From the NCBI RefSeq assembly GCF_964204645.1, contig NC_134026.1, positions 6,037,950-6,101,949 on the forward strand: a stretch of DNA of 64,000 nucleotides. Reading direction: 5' to 3'. The translations under genes were made by a program, and so were the position numbers. Shown piece by piece: positions 13,001 through 23,165 of the stretch. The DNA is from Tubulanus polymorphus. Its lineage: Eukaryota; Animalia; Nemertea. The notes below the pieces were generated by a model, which saw only the letters and a list, made by a program, of their open reading frames with translations, had not been told where the DNA came from and did no database searches. How positions within the stretch are numbered: position 1 is the stretch's first letter; each line of letters opens with the position of its first letter.

Positions 13001-16000
13001 TTAAGACCGGTGCTATTATTTCAATCCATTCTTGAAACCGGTTTTAAGGCTTTGAAAAGTCTGGTTTAAGGCTAACACCGAATCCATGCATTTAGCATTC
13101 TGTACTTTTACTCGAGTACCGGTCGTTAAATCAACACTTCTCGGTTGTCTAGAAGACATCGGTTTGAAAAATTAGTTGCGATTTTCACTTGCATATACCC
13201 CATAGACGCGGAAACATGTCTAGTTATGTTGAACTGTTTTTTTTTCTAGACCACAGCACTTGGCTGGATTGGAATTGGTTACAGAGATTTGTCGCGGTAA
13301 ACTAGAAGGCGGTTACCCGAAGTCATTATGCATCATGCTCGTTCCGAACAAAATAAGAGGAGGGCACTATCTAGCCGATACTCAGACTGCTGGGTAAGTT
13401 CATGATTATTTATGGGGGGTATTCTTATTATTTGAAACATCTCTTTATTTCACTTTATTTTAGACTCGTTCTATCAGTAATGATTTGCTGTCACCATTAC
13501 ATAGGGATGAGTCATTTTCTATAATTAAACTAAATTTTTTTCACATATGTGAGTGGTTGAACTAAAAACTAGGGCCATTTGTTTTGATTACAGCACTACC
13601 CAATAGTTGTAGTCATCGTATAAGTTTCATGTTCTGAAAATTTTTCTGTCATTTTCATTGCCAAAGATCTGTGCCTTGAGGTTGTTATGTAGGAGTTCTG
13701 AAATATAGGCATAATGCTGTGATGTTTATCGAGGAGTGACAGATAATCAAATAAACTCCACATCCAAAATTAAGCTATTATTTTCTGATTTTGGAGCTAT
13801 ACTGAAAAACTTACACCCTTGACATAGTAGCCTATAAATGTACATTTATTCTGAATGCCATTAGCTTTCAGCCTTTAAAAACAGGATCATTTTGTTCTTC
13901 ACACTATATAGGCCTGTATTCTGATGTTGTGCGGATTGATTCTAGAAAGTGTCTTTTGTATCATCCATTTAGTTAGTGTCTCTGATGTCCATATCAATCA
14001 AATATTTGTCGCGGTTTTTCCCTGTTGTCCGTGTGACAGTTCCGTTGTCTGTGTGACAGTCCCGTTGTCTGTGTGACGGTCCTGTTGTCTGTGTGACGGT
14101 CCTGTTGTCTGTTTATGATGATGTGGTGTTCATCACGTAATGCTAACTATGCTGGCCAGAGACGTGTAAATGTGTGGCATTCATGAGTAACCGAACGAAG
14201 TTATCACTCGACAGCCCGGTTTTTCAGTCTGATGTCCCCTGATTGATGTTTCGACGATCGATAGTCTATATTCTCCTACGTGACACACGGTATACCGGGT
14301 TAGTCTGCCGGTTAGCCAATCGGTACCGCAGCATAGAGTTCCCGTGCATGTATAGGCGTTCGTATAGCCGGTCGTCGCGTTGATTTAGAAATTACACAAG
14401 CATTCACCAGTGCGCGTTAATTATTTCCATGGAGATCGCTGCAGTTTTCTTTCCGAAATGAAATGAGAACCGTCCCGCGGGGCCTCTCCGCAGTATTCAA
14501 TGATATAATGTGTATAATTTGTGTTCGGCACTTTCACTAACTACATATTCTACTACGCGAATAGATTTCAATTACTTTCATAGATCCCCGAATCTCCCAG
14601 GTATAGTTGAATAAAATTTCAACAATTTCGGTGTAATATATCTTCTGATAACGCCTGCGTATGTCGGTATCATATTTATCTTTATTTTTAGCCAATTGAT
14701 GTTATGTATTTATTATACGGCGTTGAACGGAGTAAGTGACAATAGTCTCTTCGGGGCATCACATTGTGTGGGTAGAACGCAGCGTGCTATTTCAGATATC
14801 ATCGATTTCGTTTTCTAGTAAGGGGGGCGCACGACACGGAACCTCGGTTTGTTTGTTTTTCCGTGGTTTTTTTTTCTCATTTTAATCATCGGAAGTGGAG
14901 CTTCATCGATTCTGTGAGGGCTGATGATTTAGCTGTTTGTGGGGATGGTTGAGTTGCTGAGATCAACCAATAATTATTTTCCGCATAGGGCATTCGATTT
15001 ATGAAAATGTTTAGCACAACTGTTTAGTTTGAATGCAAAAGTTTATTTTCTACTGAATTTTTGATATTTTCAGTGGTATAAGTCCATTAATGAAGATAAG
15101 CTTGCCTGTTGTGATTCTGGGTTAAAAGTCATAGAATTTTAATTTTTAGTCACAATTTTATGGCCAATTTGGGGCAAAGCTCTTTTTCGGGTTTTGGAAA
15201 ATAAATATTCCAGGCCATAAATATTCCATTTATTCCTGGCCCTGGAAAAGCTATGGAAATTTTGTTTGTTTTTTTTTTTTTCACTACGAAAAAGGTAGGC
15301 CTATGGGAAATCAGAAAATGGTCTCGAGACTATTTCAATTCTATTTTAAATTTAAGGCTACATGCCTTCTATATATTTGATAACAAACTATATGGAAACA
15401 CTTTTTCGGTGGTATTGATAATTGGCACTTATTTACTTCAACTGGGCCTACATTGCCTGTTTTAGGTTGGCGATGTGCAACTTAGGGGTGTGCCTATAGA
15501 AAATTTGTAATCTGGGTATGAAAAAATATATGGATAATGAAATTTGGAAACACTTAAAAACAATGTAAATGTCTTAATATGTGGTCGGTCCACTTGACGA
15601 GAATGTAAATTTCGAATGAAGTGAAAGATTTTTTTTGAATGCATAATGATTCTCATTTTCAGGAGTATATGCCTACTTATGCAGATAAGCTTGCCTGTGA
15701 TGTTATTCGCCGACCAAGAGGTAGAAATCGTATACCGGGGCGGAACCGATGCAGATTACGCCCCCTCAATCGATCATTTTACGATGGTAAGTCCAATCCT
15801 TACTGGTATATTAACAAAGTCCCTACGACTCCTTGATTCCTTTAAAACAGCTACTAACCAGAAAATGCTTTTAAAAGTTCTTGTGAAACTCCTTTTATTT
15901 TAGCAAGATGCCCGAAACACCTTTTTAAAACTGCTTCAATTTCGAGAAATAGGTTATTAGAAATGTTTGTAGCTGTTAAGTAGACTATGCAATTGGTAGG

Positions 16001-19000
16001 CCCCTATAGTTGGCACCATGAGGAGTACTGTAATTGAGAATGATATAAAAGTGATGCAGACACTGCCTTGGAGCAGGGAAGTGTGATGAGATGGAATACG
16101 GACGCTTTTAATTGCCGGATGTAGGCTATTCAATTCAGCCCGTACATCAAAGGTTACCGCAACAGCGGTAAGCTACGCTTATCGAGTGTGTGTTACCAGC
16201 TGAACACCAGTCAACATCAACTTTGATTTGGTCGCAGAACAACCCGCAATAGTTTTAGCCCGATAAATGTTCTGCGATCGATACTACGCATGCGCACTGC
16301 AGTTCATTGAACAACGTGGAAGTGGCTGTGTATACACATATTTTTCTTTAGAAAATCGGTTGAAATTCAACAATTTCTCGAAAAATTTGTCCAAAAAGGT
16401 ATGTATTTTTATTCTTCTATATCTCCGAAACCCGGTATCGGAACATTAAGTATTTATATTGTGATTAAAGTCTGTTTTTATGTGTTAAACATATGTTTTT
16501 GCCAGTTCGTTCCGATTCCGGGTTTAGCGTTATTTGGGCCTTGAAGATGTCAAATATTTCGGCCCAGACTCGCGCAGCTTTCGTTTCTGACGTCATGTTG
16601 CTATGTTACGACACAAACATATACACGAAGTATGATCTTTAAAATGTGTATTTACTACATAATAATGTTACTTAATAACGCTTACATTAGGCCTACAAGT
16701 TATTGTCCCCCATATAAACCAAGTTGCCTAAATAGCATCAGCAATCTCATTTAATTAACCTTTTCTTGTTTTTAGTCATGGATCTTTGTCGATTGTGTGG
16801 AAAAAATGCGAAACCTCCGGATCGTCGTCCTATCGATAAAAATAATTTCAAAAGCCATGTGAAGGAGTTGTTCAACATTGATTTTGATGATGATACTGAA
16901 CAGTACCCGATATATATCTGTTATATGTGTCGTGTCAAATTACAAAAATGGCGTAAGAACGAAAACGTTAAAAAAACTGTCCCTGTGACTATCAAATTAA
17001 AACAATGGACATGTAAACCACTGGTTAATTCCAAGTCTGGACGGCGACGTATTTGTAGTCAAAATTTTATCGATCGATTTTCCATAATGTACTGCTGCCA
17101 TTCCATTTGAACTGAATTTAAATACTCGATGGTTAATCACTTCAGTCATAGCCTTTTCCAAATATATAGTGTTCCTGCGAAAATAATAATAATGATTATT
17201 ATTTTAACATGTACTTATCTGGATTTTTTATATTATGTTTATATATTTTCTGTATTCGTTTATTATTTTATAACCTAAAAGGATTGTATTGATTATAAAA
17301 ATAAATGTAAAAAATACCTGTATGTGTGTTTTCTCGTGTTCAGATCGCAGTCTCTGGTCAGCTGAGCCTGAGAAGTACCTATATGAAAAAGAAAAGGAAA
17401 GAATAAAGTGCCTGCAATTAGGTGGAAACTATTCCGATATTACATTGATTCAAAAGGAATAACACTCACTAGAATCGGCCGAATTAGTTGATCCTGATCC
17501 AGAGGATTCCCGTAATATTTCCGTATCGATCTGAACCAATTCGTCACTATCAAAGAATAGTTCGTCAAAATCGTCATCATTTATAATTTCGTTGACAACC
17601 GTTGCCATTTTAATACAGCGGAAAGAACCGATATCACGATTGATAAAACACTATATCCGTCTGAAGCGATGTAGAGAGAATCGCACAATGATAACGAAAA
17701 AGTCCAAAAATGTTAGTAGTTTATTCAACGTTTCGTCTATGTCCTAATAGTCATCTTCAGAAATAATGAATACTACAGAAATTATGAGAGATATATACAA
17801 TCCAGAGACAAAGAGACTAATTCAAGTAATCAGAGATGATACAAACTAAAGGAAAATTAACGTAGAAACAGTTACACGCTAAAACAGATTAAAGAGAAGC
17901 AGTTAAGAGACAAACTAGGGGGTACTTAAATTTAAGACAATTGTGAATACAAGTTGATCGACTAAAATTGATGAGGGGAAATCAGGTGTTGAGTTTAACC
18001 TGTTTACAGAGGAATTTTTATGTAAGTTTATTATGGGATGAAAAACCGATATTCGGAAACAACTGAATTATTACGGAGATTCCCGATCTCGCTGGTTATC
18101 GCTTATCGGCGCGTTACGTAACAAAGCGCTCGCCGACGAACCGTTGTCGGCTTTAGGGCAATTACAACGCACATTCGACAAGAGCTGCACAATAGCGTCC
18201 GTATTCCATCTCATCACACTTCCCTGCTTGGAGTTAGACATTTTTCATCGGAAACTCGTTATATCTAGGAATGACTGATCTGTAGGGACCCCGATAGGTT
18301 ATATTTCTTCGACCTCATTTGGATACCACCAACACCCCCTAACCATGGTTTGAATGGCGACATTTCCTCTTAACCCTTTCAGTGCATCTACACCGCAGTG
18401 CAGTGTATAAATCAGTGATAGATTTTTGCTAGTACACCACACTGCAGTGTATTGATGTAATTAGTAATTATCTCTCTTGAAAAATGGCAGCACCTGTCAA
18501 ACATATTGAAATACTAGTAACTAACGATACACCGCGTCGGGGTATAGACGCACTACAGTGGTATTCCCGTTATTCAACACACTGAGGTGAAACACTGTGT
18601 ACACTGGAAGATGTGTCAAATGACCTATGCTCCCCATAGGCTATATTATCAAAGACTTATAAAACGACAACAAAGGGTAAAAGGCTTTTGTTCGCAATTT
18701 GTGAACAAAAGTTTTCTATAAGATTGAAAAATCTTTATCGCGCACGTGGCAGTTTTCGTGTTCCAATATTTTTATCGATATATTTTTCATTAGAATAATG
18801 ACTAGGCACCTCTCGCAATGTGATGATTGAAAAAATATTGCATTAAAATTGTCATTTCGGTAAAAGCTGCTAGGTGTTAATCTGTGGAAGGCTGAATGCC
18901 TGGTAGTAGGTGATCGGATTTTCATAGATTTGAATTTCGATCGCGCTATGAAGAAATGTCGGTTTTTTAATACGAGAATAAAACTATTTGTTGAATGATT

Positions 19001-22000
19001 TATGATCGTAGCATATATCGATGACTTGGGATATTCTTAATCTTGCGCTGGTGGGACGATGTAGGGTTATCGTGAATAACAATCGTGGATAGGCTATTAT
19101 AAAACGACGACATCCAGATGGTTCTATTATATATACAAAACACTATTGTTCTCGTTGGTAACGATTATTGCTTTTATTTCCCGATCAAATCATGATCTGT
19201 GGTGCTATATGTAAATCATGTATGTTTATTTATAGATTTTCCAGTCAGTGGCGAAGCATTTCGGTATCGAATTCGATTGCAAGGTTAGAACAAGGTACGA
19301 AAACCGTTCCGTGTCGTCATCGTTGATAAGAAGAGATTTACGTCTTATTAAGCGTTGATGTCTATCTTAATGTACACCTGATAGGGGTCATCTATTCATG
19401 AAATATGTAATACATGTTCTCCATTGATTAATGCTGATGTACCTGGTCTTTGCTATGTAGATTATTTGGGGGAAAAGAGATTGATTTCGGCGGTGTCTGT
19501 CAGTTTGCGAAAAAAAAACATTTATGTCACTTGACAACAATATAAGCCATTGGCGTATTGATAAACAATGCCTGGTTAACAGAGGTTTGGAAAAAAGCTC
19601 CCACCTTAGATTAACTAGATCTGTTACCCAGGCAGTAAATGACTTTAAGAGCAATATACGTTGAGGAATCGAAATAAGTTTCCATTTCGAGATGAATGAA
19701 TGATCCTCATATTGTAGTGGATGACAGACCCTATTCTTATGATTTATGTGATATCTGATGTATATTATGACAGGGTGGCCATTGACCTGGAAAACTCTAG
19801 AAAAATCTAGAAAAAAATCAGAGAAACTCGAGGAATTTACCAAATTTCCAAAAACCTTGGAAAATTCAGGCAATTTGGATAATGCTATTGACCACGTATT
19901 TCTTTATCAGTACGTGAATTGATGAAAAATGAATGAATTGTAACATTTTGATTAAACCTAAAAATTTCTCTGATTCATTCAGGGAAATTTGTGTAATCAC
20001 ATGGAAAATCAGGGAAAACACGAGGAATTTGTAAATATTAACCAAAAAGTAGCCTCCCTGAAAGAATATTTTTTGGTTTCAATCTGCTGACTGAATGAAT
20101 CCAGGCTGCATTTTTAAGTTTTCACTTATACTTGTTCATGCGAGATGCTGCGATATTGAATAGATTCTACTGGGTATGTTGTTTTACAGAGGTTATTATC
20201 CTCGCGGTGGAGGTGAAGTCGTACTACGAACGCGACCGATTCGCTTTCTGAAACCCGTCAATCTCACCGATCCCGGAACCGTCGTCAGAATTACAGGACG
20301 AGCTTTCGTAGCCGGAGTACTTCCTATCAAGGTTAGTTTTTTATATCCGTAAATCGTGACTCATTTATACGTGTTTTATTCGCATGACATTAATAATTTT
20401 TACCTGGTCTAGTACATGCGAATAAATGAATATGAATATCATTTGTAAATCATGGTTACGAATATCCCTATATAAGTACCTAGCTTGCAGGTTTGAAGTA
20501 CATAGGAAACCTTTTTAGTTGTCCGTGCATGCATTTTTTAGAACCACTGTTATTAGCAGGTTGAAGGATTCTTTTTCCTTATCAACGTCATTATCTTTTC
20601 CTCATCTGATGAATGGATGTTTGCTAAAGGCTTATTGGTGACCGGCTCATTTTACAATTAATAGTTCATAGGATAACCTTTGACCAAGAAACTGACAACC
20701 GAGGATTCAAACCCATCAACTCTGTATTGACACTAAGCTGGTACTTGGACTGTATTTCCTAATATGTACATGTATATCCTTGATGTAGCCATTTCAAACG
20801 TATTGCTACCTACCTTGTCATAAACCTTTGCGATCTATTAATGATTATTTTGTACACATTTCAGATTGCCCACACGATGGCTCACGTTGCCACCGAAGTT
20901 ATACGTGCTGTTTACCCCAAAGTAGCCATCGAAATACAAGCCGTGAAAGAACAGAATGCTATCGGGAATGGAACAGGAATCATGTACGTATTCCATGCTA
21001 TAAAAACTGTTGGTGGAGGAGCATCGATGTAGTTATCAATCGGATTGACGTGGATTATTCGATTATCAATATGTTTCTGTATGTGCAGAGCTTTAGTTGA
21101 TAATCCCTGTCAGTGACAGTAATCCTTTGTAGCTGTCATTTGGCCGCCTGGTTTAATGGGACTGGGCGTTATTCAGTAATTCTTCATTTGAGAGCTATGC
21201 TGAATGATATAACTCCCTATAGAACGGTAATTTTAGGAATCAATGAAAATATTTGAATATCATTGAACCTTGACACTTGTTTTATTGCAGTTATCTTTCT
21301 GAATATATATGCTTTGTCTGGAATAAAACGACCTAAACCCAATGTGAAACATGGATTACAAATTTGTAATTATATGTTTGCTGAGGCGAAACTATATATA
21401 TATATATCATATAACTTATCATCTATTTAACACATCCTGCTATGCTTTTGTAATGTATTTTATGAATAATACATATTCCAAGCATGTGCGGGATATATGT
21501 AAAAATCTTTTAAAAGTCGATGATGAAATATTTAGTTCATTGTAGCTATATGGTACATAAAACTGGGCGCTCGTAAATGAAATATTTAACACTTCGATGA
21601 TATGAATTCTGTATCTGAAAACATTTAAGGAAAGTGTCGTCATCAACTGCATTCATTCGCATACGTAAAAAACAGCTGCGTACAGTGTAAACACCTGTTC
21701 AGTAATAGTATTTGTTCACGTGTGGTTTATGTCCTCTTTTATGTGGCATCTCTCTGCTCGTCATCCGTCGGTATTGTACGGTTCTTCTTCGCATTTTTAA
21801 GATAATTTGTGTACTTTTAACGCAGAATAATGGCCGAAACGAGCACCAGATGTCGACTGGCAGGATCCGCTCTCGGAAAGAAAGGTATTTTCCGCATACA
21901 TCGTATAATGAATTCTTCGTGATTCTGCGCATCGATATTGAAGTTGTACGCGGAGAATTTATTCAATGAATCGATTGATTTTCGCGACGTTTCAGGTGTT

Positions 22001-23165
22001 CCCGCCGAGAAGGTCGGTGAAGAGGCGGCGGATATGTTATTAAACAATCTGGAACATCAAGGCTGCGTAGATGAATATCTTCAAGATCAGGTAAACGCAA
22101 TTTCCAAAATTTTAATTAATTTAACCTCTTGCTTCCTGCGTCTGGTGAAATTATCACAAATTTTGGATACAGTAGACTCTGCCCGAATCGGGTCCGATCA
22201 ACTCTGATAACCATTCAATTCAACAATTTTTTATGACACTAAAACATCCAACTCTGATATCGCTCTCAAGTTGAACACATTTTTACTGTCCCAAGAGATC
22301 CAGCTTGAGTGGAGTCTACTATATAATCATCAGAGGCATCGGTTCATTGTGATTCCAAGCTACATTGTATGTCAAACTAAAGAACCTTCAATTCTCGAAT
22401 TGTTTTTCAGCTCATTATATTCATGGCTTTGGCGAAGGGACATTCTACATTGAAATGTGGAGCACTGTCTCTTCATACTGAAACAGCGATCCATGTCGCT
22501 AAGACACTCACAAATGTAAGTATGAATGATGCAATTGATGTTGGACTTATCTACATGGGATAAATCTTAGTTAAGTACTGGGTCATTACCCATGTTAAAA
22601 TACAGTGATAGTCATATTCAAACAAACATCCTTTGAGTAACTGGGCCACTACAAAAAGTTCACTTACAAAATTTTCATGATTTGAGAATACTCTTCGACT
22701 TCAGCATGAGGACTTCAAATAGAGAAAACATTAATAGTGACAGAGTTATAGTCTATGTAAACCCTTTCGCTGCATCTACCCCGTCATGCGGTTTATAATC
22801 CACTCACCCTACATTGTGTGTACCTCTCAGTGCAGTATTGGTTAAAATCTATTGGAAAATGTCAGCAACTGTAAAAAATTGTGAGATACCGGTATTAGTA
22901 ACTAACGATACATTGCATCACAAGGTAGATGCAATATAGCAGTACATCCGTTGTACATCGCACTGTGGTGTAACTTTCAAATTTTCTCCAGCAATATAGT
23001 GTGGGAAATGTCTCAAGACTAACATTTTATTCATTATTTCTGCTCAATTAGATATTGTTTTCTATGTTTTAGGCTAAATTTGAAGTGAAAGAAGTGGCCG
23101 GCATATCGGGAAGTTTTACTATCGAATGTGACGGCATCGGATTGGAGAATCGTTCCGCGAGATGA
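10022..23165 (+). CDS. RTCA: RNA 3'-terminal phosphate cyclase, 11 coding exons
   Basis: Exons approx. 10022-10072, 12454-12554, 13250-13393, 15663-15786, 19236-19294, 20190-20331, 20865-20983, 21826-21883, 21996-22090, 22411-22515, 23073-23165. Motifs [55 protein letters not shown] and catalytic SLHTET. Confidence 0.97.
14021..14112 (+). repeat. Minisatellite, ~4.5 copies of 20-bp unit CCTGTTGTCTGTGTGACGGT
   Basis: Tandem copies visible directly in RTCA intron 3. Confidence 0.9.
15066..15125 (+). pseudogene. Decayed partial duplicate of RTCA exon 4 (pseudo-exon)
   Basis: ATTTTCAG|TGGTATAAGTCCATTAATGAAGATAAGCTTGCCTGTTGTG versus the true exon 4 ATTTTCAG|GAGTATATGCCTACTTATGCAGATAAGCTTGCCTGTGATG. 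Same phase; reads [16 protein letters not shown] versus [16 protein letters not shown]. Confidence 0.75.
16778..17110 (+). CDS. Transposon-borne truncated ORF with RAG1-N-terminal/Chapaev-like C4 zinc finger
   Basis: MDLCRLCGK...[23 protein letters not shown]...KQW...SGRRR resembles RAG1 LCRICG...[23 protein letters not shown]...EW...RRGLKRK. Preceded by a polypyrimidine acceptor (AG at 16774-16775) and an upstream donor AG|GTATGT near 16398. Confidence 0.7.
   Translation: MDLCRLCGKNAKPPDRRPIDKNNFKSHVKELFNIDFDDDTEQYPIYICYMCRVKLQKWRKNENVKKTVPVTIKLKQWTCKPLVNSKSGRRRICSQNFIDRFSIMYCCHSI
16997..17608 (-). CDS. Transposon-borne second gene, 3 exons (17470-17608, 17318-17378, 16997-17174), convergent with the zinc-finger ORF; product unknown
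   Basis: AAAATGG start context. Phase-consistent junctions A|GTGAGT..TAG|GT and AG|GTATTT..CAG|G give an open frame [26 protein letters not shown]...[46 protein letters not shown]...; the last ~20 codons run antisense into the zinc-finger ORF. Confidence 0.6.
17690..18040 (-). mobile_element. 5'-truncated Penelope-like retroelement fragment nested in the TIR element
   Basis: Contains a minimal hammerhead typical of PLE pseudo-LTRs. Upstream of it on the minus strand is [20 protein letters not shown], reminiscent of a PLE GIY-YIG C-terminus. Boundaries approximate. Confidence 0.5.
17721..17766 (-). ncRNA. Minimal type-I hammerhead ribozyme (Penelope-type)
   Basis: Minus strand: UUAUUU CUGAAGA U GACUAU UAGGAC AUAGAC GAAA CGUU GAAUAA. 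Core CUGANGA/GAAA, stem I UUAUUU:GAAUAA, stem II GACUAU:AUAGAC (one mismatch), palindromic AACGUU in place of stem III. Confidence 0.7.
18370..18680 (+). mobile_element. Interspersed repeat with TTAA-CCCTTT left end (piggyBac-like MITE); related copies at ~22758-22975 and ~63630-63745
   Basis: TTAACCCTTTCAGTGCATCTACACCGCAGTG..GTGTATAAATCAGTGATAGATTTT is nearly identical at 18370 and 63630, with a diverged copy at 22758. Confidence 0.7.
22170..22320. mobile_element. Tc1/mariner-like MITE
   Basis: TA-CAGTAGACTC ... GAGTCTACT-ATA termini. Confidence 0.5.

Larger units (their letters stand above)
16074..18226. mobile_element. Non-autonomous TIR DNA transposon (2153 bp) in RTCA intron 4 carrying two convergent truncated genes
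   Basis: Perfect 33-bp TIRs CAGGGAAGTGTGATGAGATGGAATACGGACGCT (16074-16106; reverse complement at 18194-18226). Flanking direct repeat CTTGGAG at 16067-16073 and 18227-18233. Confidence 0.93.

Noticed and set aside
14021-14112. Regular repeat array as CRISPR
   Set aside because: Head-to-tail 20-bp units without unique spacers, in a eukaryotic intron.
19388-19873. 161-aa minus-strand ORF in RTCA intron 5
   Set aside because: Non-ATG start, overlaps repeat-like sequence, no recognisable domain.
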